Positions 9,791 through 20,699 of a stretch of DNA of 64,000 bases are shown piece after piece. The DNA comes from Desulfomonilia bacterium (lineage in GTDB: Bacteria; Desulfobacterota; Desulfomonilia; UBA1062): assembly GCA_050014195.1 (NCBI GenBank), contig JBEKDT010000003.1, positions 96,001-160,000 of the forward strand. The letters are read 5' to 3'. Numbering within the stretch: position 1 is the stretch's first letter; each line of letters starts with the position of its first letter. The position numbers and the translations under genes are program-made. Below the pieces are notes generated by a model, which worked only from the letters and a program-made list of their open reading frames with translations, ran no database searches and was not told where the DNA came from.

Positions 9791-10390
9791 TTACGAACCG
9801 TGGATCAGGCCTTGTTTCTTAAGTTTCTGCTTCAATGCCACAAGGGCCCGGTTCCTGTGACTGTGCGTATTTTTTTCGTCGTTTGTCAGCTGGGCAAAGC
9901 TCTTGCCGGTTTCAGGGTCAAGGAAGATTGGGTCATAGCCGAACCCGCCCTCACCAATGGGCCCATGTAAGATGACGCCGTCGCACCGGCCTGTTGCCGT
10001 AATCACCCTGTCCTTAGATATGGCAAGGGCCACTGCGCACGTGAAGTGGGCCTTCCTGTCTTCTTTACCTTCCATGAGTTTGAGCAAAAGCTCATAATTC
10101 TCCTTGTCAGAGGCCACTACGCCTGCAAACCGTGCAGTATGCACCCCCGGCCTTCCATCAAGTGCGTCCACGCACAGACCGGAATCATCAGCCAAGCTTG
10201 GATATCCGCTGGCACCCTGCCAGGCAAGGGCCTTGAATATTGCATTCTCCTCAAAGGTATTGCCGTTTTCCTCTACGTTAAGCTCAAGGCCTGCCTCTTG
10301 CGGGGTAATGATAGTAATACCGGTATTGGAGAGTATCTGGGAGATTTCGCTGATCTTGCCCCGGTTTGAGGTGGCGACCAGCACCTTCAT
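9791..10390 (-). CDS. rdgB: Non-canonical purine NTP pyrophosphatase (XTP/dITP)
   Basis: [23 protein letters not shown]. Confidence 0.95.
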   Translation of the reverse strand: MKVLVATSNRGKISEISQILSNTGITIITPQEAGLELNVEENGNTFEENAIFKALAWQGASGYPSLADDSGLCVDALDGRPGVHTARFAGVVASDKENYELLLKLMEGKEDRKAHFTCAVALAISKDRVITATGRCDGVILHGPIGEGGFGYDPIFLDPETGKSFAQLTNDEKNTHSHRNRALVALKQKLKKQGLIHGS

Positions 10391-11163
10391 AGGATCCCGA
10401 GGACTTGTGACTGTCTTGTCATAAGCTCACCTATCCCTTTTTGGGCGAGATGGATGAGCATCATCATCTGCTGCAGAGTGAAGGGGGCCTTCTCGGCCGT
10501 GCCTTGTACCTCTATGATCTTGCCGGTCCGAGTCATGACTACGTTCATATCGACAGCAGCGCTCGAATCCTCTTCATAACTCAAGTCAAGGAGGATCTGG
10601 TCGTCGATGATCCCAACCGATACGGCGGCTACCTGTTCCAGCAGTGGGTTTTTTACAATGAACTGATGATCGAGCATAAAATTGACGGCTTCATGGAGTG
10701 CAACATATGAGCCGGTGATGGCTGCGGTGCGGGTCCCTCCGTCGGCCTGAAGCACATCACAGTCAATCCAGACCGTCCGTTCACCCAGATCTGCAAGTGA
10801 GGCCGTAGCCCTGAGTGAACGCCCGATGAGCCTTTGGATCTCGTGGGTCCTGCCCTTGGTCCTTCCCCGGGTGGATTCCCGTGCGGTCCGCACATTGGTG
10901 GATGCAGGCAGCATCCCGTATTCCGCCGTTATCCAGCCGCTCCCGGTATTCTTCAGATGCGGCGGTACCTTGTTCTCAACGCTGGCAGCGCAAATCACCT
11001 TGGTGTCGCCGATCTCGATGAGGCATGAGCCCATTGCATGCTTGCAGTAGCCTCTTATTATCTTTGCTTGTCTTATCTCATCAGGTGCCCGGTTGTCACT
11101 GCGTCGCAAAACCTTTGGCCGTATTATGCCTTTATCTTTCAACAGTTCCTCTATGGATGCCAT
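10387..11163 (-). CDS. rph: Ribonuclease PH
   Basis: [29 protein letters not shown]. Confidence 0.97.
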   Translation of the reverse strand: MASIEELLKDKGIIRPKVLRRSDNRAPDEIRQAKIIRGYCKHAMGSCLIEIGDTKVICAASVENKVPPHLKNTGSGWITAEYGMLPASTNVRTARESTRGRTKGRTHEIQRLIGRSLRATASLADLGERTVWIDCDVLQADGGTRTAAITGSYVALHEAVNFMLDHQFIVKNPLLEQVAAVSVGIIDDQILLDLSYEEDSSAAVDMNVVMTRTGKIIEVQGTAEKAPFTLQQMMMLIHLAQKGIGELMTRQSQVLGIL

Positions 11164-11284
11164 GCAAGACCTTCATGCCCTTTCTACCGGCCAATTCTAC
11201 GGACAGTGATCTGAGAAGTCAACTCCAACAAATGTACAATCTCAAGTCTTGACACTTTCGCGGTGCATCATGTAATCCCTCATA

Positions 11285-12844
11285 GTGGCTGGGAGGCCAA
11301 ACCCTGTGATATCACTGAAATCTGCCGCATCACTTCTCGTCGCGCTGGCGGCAAGCCTTGCCCTGCTCATGCCGTTGGCCTTTTTCACCCCGCCCAGAGA
11401 CAGCGAGGTCTGGCTCTTTCAGACCATTACCGAGATGCAGGGGCAGCATCGCTTTGTGCCGGTGCTCAATAACACACCCCTTACGGGCCACAATCCCCTG
11501 ATCTTAAGCGTGTTGTCATTTCTTCCCATCAGGGATATTTCCAGCCCAAGGTTGGTTTGCTGCGTTTTGGGCTGTATTTTTATCGTGTTTGTTTTTCTCT
11601 ACTCACTCGCGCTCTTCGACCTTTCGAGTGCCTTTGTATCATCTCTTGTGGCAATGACGAGCCTGGGATTTCTCGCCCTGTTCGGGACATTGAACCTTAT
11701 GACATTGCCTGTCACCCTTGGAGCGACGGCCTTTGGTTTTTTCTCGATGGTCTACCTTAAGCGGCTTCATGCTCTTTGGTATATCCCATCGTATGTGCTT
11801 GCTGCGATGGCCGTTGTTACCGGGGGCTACTTCATGCTCATGTTCTTTCTCCTTGGAGCACTGCTGCTTATCCTGCTCGACCTTGCCCCTTCGGAGCTTT
11901 TTTCCATACATCTCATTGCGGGCGCGATGATTATAGCCTGTGCGATGATAGCCTTTTTCGCATCATATAGGATTGCACTGGGACAAGGATTTACGAATCG
12001 GGCATTTTCACAAGGCGAACATCTCGGCTTATTTAAAAGTTTGTATGCCATCATCACCTATGCATCTCCTTGGATATTCCTGATTATCCCTGCATGGCTC
12101 TATGGGGGAGGTCCCTCGGACCAAGAGGCCTGGAGGAAGCTGCTGCCCCTGCGGATCGCCATTATACTGGGAATTTTCATGCTCTGGTTTTCGTCTTCCA
12201 GCCTGCCCCAGTACGCCACGGTCCTTGTGGTTTTTACCGCACCGCTTATCGGGTGCTGGATATCACGAAGTATTTTCCATGGTGAAAATAAAGGCCCTCT
12301 GGGCTTCTGGATGATGGTCCTTTCCGGACTTACCACATTTCTTTGCGCGTTTGTGCTCCTGCTGCTCCCCTGGCGCTCCGGGTTTGCAATACAAACAAAG
12401 CAATTCCTTGCTGCGGCAGGATTTCTCACGGCAACATTGCTCTTCATCATCTTTACTGCAAAGCGCAAGATGTCCGCCCAGTTTATCCTCATTGTGTCCG
12501 CAGTCGCCCTTATTGTTTGGTATATGGCGTTTCTAAGCCCCGAGGACCAGTGGGATCGTAAGATATCCTATATGGAGGGCATTTCCAGGAACAGACCCTT
12601 GGTTGTGTATGAAGATGACCTTATCATGCGGGGATACATGAGCGCAGTAGATGCCGATGCAATGATTGCAGATAGAAATATCGTGCCCTTGAATGACTCG
12701 GCCTTTCTGGCAGTGAGCACATCGGATCTAGGCGGGCTGCTCGAAGGCCTGAAGGGACGTATGGACTCAATGGTTCTGGATTCTTACCGGGCGGAAAACA
12801 CCTATGCACTGGTGATGATCTCGCCCAAACGAAAAGTTGAATAG
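11285..12844 (+). CDS. Polytopic membrane protein, ArnT/PMT-like GT-C glycosyltransferase (divergent)
   Basis: About 13 hydrophobic segments; N-terminal loop (EM...VPVLNN.P...P) resembles ArnT. Confidence 0.6.
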   Translation: MAGRPNPVISLKSAASLLVALAASLALLMPLAFFTPPRDSEVWLFQTITEMQGQHRFVPVLNNTPLTGHNPLILSVLSFLPIRDISSPRLVCCVLGCIFIVFVFLYSLALFDLSSAFVSSLVAMTSLGFLALFGTLNLMTLPVTLGATAFGFFSMVYLKRLHALWYIPSYVLAAMAVVTGGYFMLMFFLLGALLLILLDLAPSELFSIHLIAGAMIIACAMIAFFASYRIALGQGFTNRAFSQGEHLGLFKSLYAIITYASPWIFLIIPAWLYGGGPSDQEAWRKLLPLRIAIILGIFMLWFSSSSLPQYATVLVVFTAPLIGCWISRSIFHGENKGPLGFWMMVLSGLTTFLCAFVLLLLPWRSGFAIQTKQFLAAAGFLTATLLFIIFTAKRKMSAQFILIVSAVALIVWYMAFLSPEDQWDRKISYMEGISRNRPLVVYEDDLIMRGYMSAVDADAMIADRNIVPLNDSAFLAVSTSDLGGLLEGLKGRMDSMVLDSYRAENTYALVMISPKRKVE

Positions 12845-12845
12845 A

Positions 12846-14840
12846 TTACCCCTTAGGCCGCTTCAATCGATCTTCGAGTGCCTTCAGAAGGATGCTTAAT
12901 TTGTTCCGCGCATCACCTTCATTGAGCATGGGGTAGAGTGCACTGTATAGCTCATATGCCTTGTTCATGTCCTGCATGCTCGTATAGGTTCCGGCCAGGT
13001 CACTCAGGAGGAACTTGTCATGGCGCATTCCCGGCTCTGCAAGGGCAAGGTAGTGATAAGCCTCATCCTTCCTACCTATCTTCCATGCGGAAAATCCGAG
13101 CTGGTAGTATGCATTCATCATGTAGTTGGGCGAGCCTGTGACGTTATCATGAAAGAGCCTGGTGTACAGCTCATAGGTGTCTTTATAATCTCTATTCCCG
13201 AAATAAGCGTAAGCAAGGCCCATCCGCGCCTCCGGCAGATCGGGCTTGAGCTTGAGGGCCTGTTTATAGTTGTTTATGGCATTATCATACTGTTTCATCA
13301 TCATCTGGGCCAGGGCCAGATTGCTTATGGCAAGATAGTCATAGGGCAAGGCCTTGATAGCCCTTAAACAGAGTTCCTGGACCTCGGGAAAGCGGCCCTG
13401 GTGAATATAGATTGCAGCAAGATTAACGTTTGCCGGGCTTGAATTCGGATACTTTGCAAGGGTGTCTTCCCACAAGGTCTGACTGTTTCTCCAGATACCT
13501 TCCTGCCTGAAAGTCATGTAGGCATAAAAGAGTGTCACAAAACAGAACAAACCGATGGCAAGGGCCATGGGAAAACGTCTGGAAAGGATGCTGTGATTGA
13601 GCTGCAGATGCCAGAGCTTGGTGAACAAGTATCCGAGCAACATGCACCAGCTCAGAGAAGGGAGCAGGGCATAGCGGTCTGTCATGAATTGGGATATGGG
13701 GAAGATGTGGGATACCGGAAGGAGAAAGATATAATGCCATGCAACAAAAAAGCTGTAGAGATACCATTTCTTCATAAAAGCCGCTCCCGCACTGATGATA
13801 AACAGCACATTGAGTCCTAAAAACACCCATGGTTGCCAGGTGTGCGGGTTGGTGTACAGATGGATGGGATAGTCCGCTGAATAGTTGATGGTAAAGCCAA
13901 TGAGTTCAATGTAGCTGATGAGGATCTGGGATACGGCCAGCAGATTTGTGGAAAATCTTCCACCATGGTAGGGTTTGATTCCGCCGGTGTCTTGCATCAT
14001 GGTGACGAGCCGGACGATCATGGGTATTGCGATACCAATTACAATTAAATAAAATACAAGTCTAATTTTTAAATTATTTGGAAGTTCTCCCCAGAATGAC
14101 CATAAGCTTGACCAGAAGCTTTTGGGATGGTCAGTTTCGTCTTTTTTAAACATTATAGAAATATGTTTAATGATCCTAGATAATAAGGATTTTTCACCTA
14201 ACCTAGCCTGCAAGGCTATGTCAAGTACAAACATGACTCCGGGAATGATGAGCGCCGTGGGCTTGGACATGATGGCCAGTAAGAGTGCTGCAGCGCTTAA
14301 CAGGTAATACTTCCAGGAGTCAAGCCGGGCCTTGATGAAGGCCCACAATGAGATGAAGGTGAAGAGGCCCAGCAGGGGTTCCTTTCTCGCATAAAGCCAC
14401 GCCACGCTTTCCACATGTACAGGATGCACGGCAAAGAGTACGGATGTGAGCGCCGCCCAGATGTAACACTCGTCTGGATCATCATGAAAGACCTTTAAAA
14501 GCTCACGCAAAAAGGCATAACATGCAATTACCATAAGGATATAGAGGATGATGCTCTGAAGATGTATACCAAAGACCACCATATTTTCATCCTTATCACC
14601 CCAGAGGCTGAAGTCGAACATATAGCTCAGGTCCCTCATGGGCTGGTAGGTGGCGGCGCTTCGGTATGTCAGTATTGCCTTGAGGTTATCCCAGGTAACG
14701 CTATGGATTAAGGTATTTTTAAAAAGCGTAGGGTCATCCCAGTTGGTGGCGCTGTTGCCAAAGATATTGAAGTACACGGCAAAGATCATCACACCCAGCA
14801 GTATGCTGATGATCAGAGGTGATCGTATTCTTTCTGTCAT
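12846..14840 (-). CDS. TMTC-like membrane glycosyltransferase with C-terminal TPRs
   Basis: NWDD loop, YQP.R, LFAVHPVHVESVAW, DRY..LP, W.NSQTLW, TPR helices. Confidence 0.85.
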   Translation of the reverse strand: MTERIRSPLIISILLGVMIFAVYFNIFGNSATNWDDPTLFKNTLIHSVTWDNLKAILTYRSAATYQPMRDLSYMFDFSLWGDKDENMVVFGIHLQSIILYILMVIACYAFLRELLKVFHDDPDECYIWAALTSVLFAVHPVHVESVAWLYARKEPLLGLFTFISLWAFIKARLDSWKYYLLSAAALLLAIMSKPTALIIPGVMFVLDIALQARLGEKSLLSRIIKHISIMFKKDETDHPKSFWSSLWSFWGELPNNLKIRLVFYLIVIGIAIPMIVRLVTMMQDTGGIKPYHGGRFSTNLLAVSQILISYIELIGFTINYSADYPIHLYTNPHTWQPWVFLGLNVLFIISAGAAFMKKWYLYSFFVAWHYIFLLPVSHIFPISQFMTDRYALLPSLSWCMLLGYLFTKLWHLQLNHSILSRRFPMALAIGLFCFVTLFYAYMTFRQEGIWRNSQTLWEDTLAKYPNSSPANVNLAAIYIHQGRFPEVQELCLRAIKALPYDYLAISNLALAQMMMKQYDNAINNYKQALKLKPDLPEARMGLAYAYFGNRDYKDTYELYTRLFHDNVTGSPNYMMNAYYQLGFSAWKIGRKDEAYHYLALAEPGMRHDKFLLSDLAGTYTSMQDMNKAYELYSALYPMLNEGDARNKLSILLKALEDRLKRPKG

Positions 14841-15033
14841 GGCCTAAAAAATCCTTTCGTTAATACATGCCGAAACATTCTCCTTCATGCGGAATACGAT
14901 AACATCACTTTTTCCGGTCTACAAGGCTTTAAAACATACCCATTTCATGTCCGGTGCTTTCACTTTTGTTTCACCTGTACATTCCGGACGATGCTTGCTA
15001 TCATCCGCTGTTAAGGGCTTCAAGGGGGTAGTT

Positions 15034-16194
15034 ATGTCTGTTTCGGCTAAAATGCTTCAATTTATGGAAAATGCCTCGTGGATCCGGAAGATGTTCGAGG
15101 AAGGGGCCCGGCTGAAATCCATCCACGGCCCAGACCATGTATTTGATTTCAGCCTTGGCAACCCCGACATTCCCCCCCCCGGTCATGCCCTTGAATCCAT
15201 GGCAACACACGCCAGGACCATGTTCCATGGCTATATGGCCAATGCCGGTTATGCAGATGTCCGTTCATCCATTGCCGTACATCTCTCCGGCATGTATGAA
15301 GTCGCCCTCACGGGAGACGACATCATCATGTCCTGTGGAGCCGGCGGCGGTCTGAATGTAGTCCTGAAGGCCGTTCTCGATCCCGGTGATGAGGTGCTTG
15401 TCCTTGCACCGTACTTTGTGGAGTATGGTTTCTATGCCGACAACCATGGCGGAAGGATTGTTGTTGCCCAGTGCGACGAGCAGTTCCTCCCGAACATGGA
15501 CAAGATCGCAGAGAAAATCACCCCTCGCACCAAGGCCATCATCATAAATACGCCCAATAACCCCACAGGCAGGGTCTATCCGGAGAGCATCTTAAGGGGG
15601 ATCGGTGAGTTGATCAAAAGACATCCCCATGTGGTGGTTATCTCTGATGAGCCCTACCGGGCCATTGTCTATGACAAACGCGAGGTTCCTTCCGTGCTCA
15701 AGCACATCCCTAATTCCGTGGTTGTCACCTCGGCATCCAAGGAGCTTTCGCTGGCAGGAGAACGCATCGGCTACATCGCGGTAAGCCCTGTGCTTGCTCA
15801 GAAGAAAGAGATTGTCGGCGCCATGATCCTTGCCACCCGCATACTCGGCTTTGTCAATGCCCCTGCACTTATGCAGAAGGTTCTGGCCGATTGTCTGGAT
15901 GAGCGTGTCGATGTGGAGATCTACCGAAGACGGCGCGATGTGATGAAGGCGATATTTGATGATGCCGGCCTTCGCTATGCATCGCCCGATGGGGCATTCT
16001 ATCTCTTTGTGCAATCCCCCGTCAAAGACGAGATGACATTCTTAAATGCCCTGGTTGATGAACGCGTCCTGGCTGTCCCCGGAAGGGGTTTCGGCTGCCC
16101 CGGCTATGTGAGATTTGCTTACTGTGTGGATGAGGGAATCATCAAAGGCGCGGCCCGGGGCATTAAGAAAGCGGTGGAGAAAAGCCTTATTTAG
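15034..16194 (+). CDS. Class I/II PLP aminotransferase (aspartate aminotransferase-like)
   Basis: [37 protein letters not shown]. Confidence 0.92.
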   Translation: MSVSAKMLQFMENASWIRKMFEEGARLKSIHGPDHVFDFSLGNPDIPPPGHALESMATHARTMFHGYMANAGYADVRSSIAVHLSGMYEVALTGDDIIMSCGAGGGLNVVLKAVLDPGDEVLVLAPYFVEYGFYADNHGGRIVVAQCDEQFLPNMDKIAEKITPRTKAIIINTPNNPTGRVYPESILRGIGELIKRHPHVVVISDEPYRAIVYDKREVPSVLKHIPNSVVVTSASKELSLAGERIGYIAVSPVLAQKKEIVGAMILATRILGFVNAPALMQKVLADCLDERVDVEIYRRRRDVMKAIFDDAGLRYASPDGAFYLFVQSPVKDEMTFLNALVDERVLAVPGRGFGCPGYVRFAYCVDEGIIKGAARGIKKAVEKSLI

Positions 16195-16619
16195 AACGGC
16201 ACATCATCGAACTCTGGAGAACCCGGCACGCCTTCGCTCGATCCGAGATCGGACCCTTCAACACCCTGACCCCTGTCTCCGCCCTCCACAGGACTTAAGA
16301 TCTGCATGGTATTTGCGACGATCTCGGTGGTGTAGCGCTTATTCCCGTCGCGATCGTCCCACTGCCTGGTCTGGAGCCTGCCTTCTACGTATACCTGCTT
16401 GCCCTTGCTCAGCAGCTTGGCGCAATTCTCAGCAAGCTTGCCCCACGTAACAATGCGGTGCCACTCGGTGCGCTCCTGCCGCTCTCCGCTCTGGTCTGTC
16501 CAGTTTTCATTGGTGGCCAGCGTGAAGTTGGTGACCGCCTTGCCGCTCGGGGTAAACCTCATCTCCGGGTCCTTGCCCAATCGGCCGATCAAGATAACCT
16601 TATTAATAGAACCTGCCAT
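16191..16619 (-). CDS. ssb: Single-stranded DNA-binding protein
   Basis: [23 protein letters not shown]-terminal DDVPF. Confidence 0.97.
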   Translation of the reverse strand: MAGSINKVILIGRLGKDPEMRFTPSGKAVTNFTLATNENWTDQSGERQERTEWHRIVTWGKLAENCAKLLSKGKQVYVEGRLQTRQWDDRDGNKRYTTEIVANTMQILSPVEGGDRGQGVEGSDLGSSEGVPGSPEFDDVPF

Positions 16620-16765
16620 GAAAAACCTCCTGAATTATTGGCGCAAAGTATGGGTATCGATTCAAAACGCACCATCAACCAAGAACAGGTCATGTCGCAT
16701 TCTTTTGACTTTACTTATGCAACTTATCTTACTCCAAAGCAATAAGATCCTCAAGGAAACAGGGC

Positions 16766-16799
16766 AAAAAAAGAGGCTGCCAATTCTGACAGCCTCTTT
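16766..16799 (-). terminator. Intrinsic terminator of the fadN-thiolase operon
   Basis: AAAGAGGCTG / CAGCCTCTTT stem with a U-run on the minus strand, just past the thiolase stop. Confidence 0.7.
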
Positions 16800-16818
16800 A
16801 TTATGTACTGATCCGCTC

Positions 16819-18033
16819 CTAATCGCAGAGCTCGAACAGTGCTGCAGCACCCATGCCGCCGCCGATGCACATGGACTCTATGCCGTACTTCTTGCCGCGT
16901 GCCTGCATCTCGGTCATGAGCTGCGCGCAGAGCTTTGCGCCCGTGCATCCGAGCGGGTGGCCCAGCGCGATGGCGCCGCCGTTGACGTTGACGATCCTCT
17001 GATCGCTCTCATGGGAGTAGTACTTCTCGTCGTAGAGGCCGATCTGCTGAAGGCTGTAGATGGCCTGGGATGCGAATGCCTCGTTGATCTCGAAGATGGC
17101 GTTATCTTTGATATCAGTGGCCTTTCCGAGGCCGGCGACCTTGAGGACCTTGGGGATGGCATAGGCAGGGCCCACGCCCATCTCGTCGGAACGGCAGCCG
17201 GCGACCACATATGCCCTGAACTTGGCAATGGGCTTTACGCCGAACTTCTTGACCGCCTCGCCGCTCATGATCAGGGTCGCACCTGAGCCGTCTGTGGTCT
17301 GGGAGGAGTTGCCCGCCGTGACCGAGCCCATGGCCGCGAAGGCCGGGCGCAGCTTGGTGAGTCCTTCCATGGTGGTGGGCCTGACGCCGTCGTCAAAGTC
17401 CTGGATGAAGGTCTCTTTCACGGTGATGCCGTTCTTCTCCTTGAACCTGCATGCCTCCACCGGCACGATCTCCTTGAACTTGCCGTTCTTCTGTGCCTCG
17501 GCCGCCTTTGCCTGGGAGCCGAATGCGAACTTGTCCTGCATCTCGCGGGTGATCTTGTAGCGGTTGGCAACGTTCTCTGCGGTCATGCCCATGGATATGT
17601 AGGCATCCGGGTATGTTTTTGCCAGCTCGGGGTGCGGCCGCGGCATGTTGCCGCCCATAGGCACTATGGACATGGACTCAAGTCCGGCGCCGATGGCCAC
17701 ATCGCACATGCCGCCCATAATCCTCATGGCCTGGAGGCAGATGGCCTCAAGACCGGAGGCACAGAACCGGTTGACCGTGGCGCCGCAGGTATCATCCGGG
17801 AACCCGGCCATCTGCGCAATGATGCGGCCGATGTTGAGACCCTGCTCTGCCTCGGGGAATGCACAACCGACCAATATATCTTCCACATCCTTCTTTTCTA
17901 CTCCCTTGGCCCTCTCCATGAGCCCGTTGAGTGCGGCCTTCAAGAGATCTTCAGGGCGAGTTAAGGCTAAGGCGCCTCTGCCTCTCCTGCATCCGGGAGT
18001 CCTTACTGCCTGTACGATATATGCTTCTCTCAT
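16819..18033 (-). CDS. fadA: Acetyl-CoA C-acyltransferase (thiolase)
   Basis: NRFCASG, NEAFA, GHPLGCTG, MCIGGGMG. Confidence 0.93.
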   Translation of the reverse strand: MREAYIVQAVRTPGCRRGRGALALTRPEDLLKAALNGLMERAKGVEKKDVEDILVGCAFPEAEQGLNIGRIIAQMAGFPDDTCGATVNRFCASGLEAICLQAMRIMGGMCDVAIGAGLESMSIVPMGGNMPRPHPELAKTYPDAYISMGMTAENVANRYKITREMQDKFAFGSQAKAAEAQKNGKFKEIVPVEACRFKEKNGITVKETFIQDFDDGVRPTTMEGLTKLRPAFAAMGSVTAGNSSQTTDGSGATLIMSGEAVKKFGVKPIAKFRAYVVAGCRSDEMGVGPAYAIPKVLKVAGLGKATDIKDNAIFEINEAFASQAIYSLQQIGLYDEKYYSHESDQRIVNVNGGAIALGHPLGCTGAKLCAQLMTEMQARGKKYGIESMCIGGGMGAAALFELCD

Positions 18034-18067
18034 TGGTTTTCTCCTCGTTCTTTATCGTAGTATCCGA

Positions 18068-20470
18068 TTACAGGAACAACGGCTTGCCCGTGGCCATGAT
18101 GTTCTCGGCCATCTTCTGGGTGTTTTCCGTCTTCCAGAGATCAACAAAGGCCTCGCGCTCGAGCGTCATAAGGTGCTCTTCGCTCACGAGCGTACCGGTG
18201 GGGACATCGCCGCCGGACATACATACACAGATCTTCTTGGCGATGAATTCCATGTGAGGCGTGATGTATCCGCCGCCCTTCATGTTGTTCATCTCGGCCC
18301 AGATCATACCCTGGGCCTCGCGTCCGAACACCGGGATCTTGGTCTTGAGCGGCGGGGCATACCCGTCATCCACCATCTTGAGGACTTCCTTCTTGGCCTC
18401 GCCGATGAGGTTGTCTCGGTTCATGACGATGCGGTCTGCGGCGCCGAGGAATCCCCTGGTGCGTGCCTGCTCGGCAGAGTTGGAAACCTTGGCCTGGGCC
18501 ACTGCCATGAACGCGTTGATGAAGAATCCACCGTAATCGGTGACCTTGGCATCTTCGGGCTTGGAGGTGATGATCTTCCTCCAGAGGTTGATCATGCCGC
18601 AGCCGCCAGGGACCAGACCTGCGCCGATCTCCACCAGACCCATGAACAGGTCGGTGTGTGCCACGATCCTGTCGGCTGACAGGCAGGTCTCACAGCCGCC
18701 GCCCAGGGTGAGACCGTAGGGTGCTGCCACCACGGGGTAGTTTGTGTACCTGGTCGCCATGATCCCTTTGTGGACGTTCCTGATGAATCCGTCGATCTCA
18801 TCAAACTTGCCGGCCTTGGCAAGCCCCAGCATGAATGCCAGGTCGCCGCCTGCGGAGAATGCCCCCGGCATGCCTCCGGCCTGGTTGCCGATGACCATGC
18901 CCACGCCGTTGACCCCGACATACTCGCCGGCCTTGGCCATGAAGTCCACCATCTCCTTGTTGATGGCGTTCATCTTGGAGTGGAATTCGAGGCAGAACAC
19001 GCCGTCGCCGATGTCGATGAGCGAGCAGGAACCCGATGTGAGGGCCGTCTTTTTCTCGGCCTTGAAGTTGTTGAGGTCCAGGGCCTTGTCGCTGACCTTC
19101 ACGGGCTTGTAGCTCTCCGAGGCTAAGTCGTAGAACATCTTCTTGCCCTTTTCGAGCTTATAGAACGAAGAGTTCTTCTTGAGCATCTTCTTGACTTTCT
19201 CGGGAACCTTGAGGCCTTCTTTCTCCATCTTCTCAACGGATTCCTTCACGCCGATGGCGTCCCATGTCTCGAATGGGCCCATCTCGAAGTTGTAGCCCCA
19301 CTTCATGGCGTTGTCGATCTCGACCACCGTGTCTGAGATCTCGGGGATGCGGTTGGCCGCATAGATGAACTGTGGAGCCGTGGCCTTCCAGGCAAACTTG
19401 GCTGCCTTGTCGTCGCCGTAGAGGACCGCCTTGAGCTTCTCAGGAAGGGTCTTGGCCTTCTTTGCTGCATCGATGCAGGGGAAGCTGACCTTGTCGAAGG
19501 TCTCGTATTCGCCAGTCTTGGGGTTGATGGCCTTCTTGATCTTCTTCCACTCGGGGGTTATCTCTTTCTTATAGAAGCCAGCCTTGGTCTTGTTGCCAAG
19601 CAGCTTCTTATCAAGCATTGCCTGGAGGAATTCGGGCAGCTTGAATACATCTCTGGCCTCGTCATTGGGGCAGAGATCATAGGTGTTCTTCATGACGTGG
19701 GTCATGGTGTCAAGGCCGACCAAGTCGCCGGTGCCGAAGATGGCGGTCTTGGGGCGGCCCAGCGGTGCGCCGAAGATGGCGTCCACCTCGGGGATGGTGA
19801 ACCCATCCTCGAGCATGGTCTTCAGGACTGCGCCGGTCCCGTGGATACCGATGCGGTTGCCGATGAAGTTCGGTGTATCCTTTGCCCAGACGATGCCTTT
19901 TCCAAGCCTGCTCCCGCCGAACTCTGCCACGAAGTCCAGGATCTCTTTCTTGGTGTTCTCACCAGGGATGATCTCCAAGAGATGCATGTAGCGGACAGGG
20001 TTGAAAAAGTGTGTGCCCAAGAAGTGCTCTTTGAAGCCCTTGCTTAAGCCCTCTGACATGGCCTTGAGGGGAATGCCTGAAGTGTTGGAGGATACGATGG
20101 CGTCCGCCTTGCGCACCTTGTCGATGCGGGCGAACAGCTGCTGCTTGATCTTGAGGTTCTCGACGACCACCTCGATGATCCAGTCGCACTCTGAGAGCTT
20201 GTCGAAATCGTCTTCCAGGTTGCCGGTGGTAATGCGCATTGCATGGTCCTTGTTGTAGAATAACGGCGGCTTCGCCTTCATGGCGCCTTCCAGACCCATA
20301 GTGACAATCCGGTTCCTGGCCTTTTTATCCTTCTTCTCTTCTTCTTTCAGGTCGAATGGAACGATGTCGAGCAGGAGCATTTCCACGCCTGCTGCGGCGA
20401 GGAGCGCAGCAATGCCGCCTCCCATTATCCCAGACCCGATAACCGCGGCCTTATTGATTCTCCTGACCAT
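18068..20470 (-). CDS. fadN: 3-hydroxyacyl-CoA dehydrogenase/enoyl-CoA hydratase (FadN type)
   Basis: GSGIMG, SSNTSG, HFFNP, C-terminal crotonase domain (LGGGCE, GLVEIGAGL). Confidence 0.92.
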   Translation of the reverse strand: MVRRINKAAVIGSGIMGGGIAALLAAAGVEMLLLDIVPFDLKEEEKKDKKARNRIVTMGLEGAMKAKPPLFYNKDHAMRITTGNLEDDFDKLSECDWIIEVVVENLKIKQQLFARIDKVRKADAIVSSNTSGIPLKAMSEGLSKGFKEHFLGTHFFNPVRYMHLLEIIPGENTKKEILDFVAEFGGSRLGKGIVWAKDTPNFIGNRIGIHGTGAVLKTMLEDGFTIPEVDAIFGAPLGRPKTAIFGTGDLVGLDTMTHVMKNTYDLCPNDEARDVFKLPEFLQAMLDKKLLGNKTKAGFYKKEITPEWKKIKKAINPKTGEYETFDKVSFPCIDAAKKAKTLPEKLKAVLYGDDKAAKFAWKATAPQFIYAANRIPEISDTVVEIDNAMKWGYNFEMGPFETWDAIGVKESVEKMEKEGLKVPEKVKKMLKKNSSFYKLEKGKKMFYDLASESYKPVKVSDKALDLNNFKAEKKTALTSGSCSLIDIGDGVFCLEFHSKMNAINKEMVDFMAKAGEYVGVNGVGMVIGNQAGGMPGAFSAGGDLAFMLGLAKAGKFDEIDGFIRNVHKGIMATRYTNYPVVAAPYGLTLGGGCETCLSADRIVAHTDLFMGLVEIGAGLVPGGCGMINLWRKIITSKPEDAKVTDYGGFFINAFMAVAQAKVSNSAEQARTRGFLGAADRIVMNRDNLIGEAKKEVLKMVDDGYAPPLKTKIPVFGREAQGMIWAEMNNMKGGGYITPHMEFIAKKICVCMSGGDVPTGTLVSEEHLMTLEREAFVDLWKTENTQKMAENIMATGKPLFL

Positions 20471-20520
20471 TATACCCTCCTCTGTTTTGTGTTTGTTGTT
20501 TATCTTCAGCTAGTGAAATC

Positions 20521-20562
20521 TGAATCAAAATTCAATTTACACCGGAAATATGTTTTAGTCAA
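20521..20562 (-). promoter_or_regulatory. fadN promoter with palindromic operator TGAAT-N4-ATTCA
   Basis: TTGACT (20562-20557), 17 nt, TAAATT (20539-20534); palindrome at 20521-20534 spans the predicted start site. Confidence 0.55.
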
Positions 20563-20699
20563 CAAGACTGATGCAGGTATTCAAAGATTTTTCCGGTCTT
20601 TGAAGAGACGCTTTTGTTTTAATCATAATCGGACTGGATATTCATTCCTCATTGTTCTATAGCATAATTCCCCTCCGGGCTAAAGCTGATTTAAGGGAT

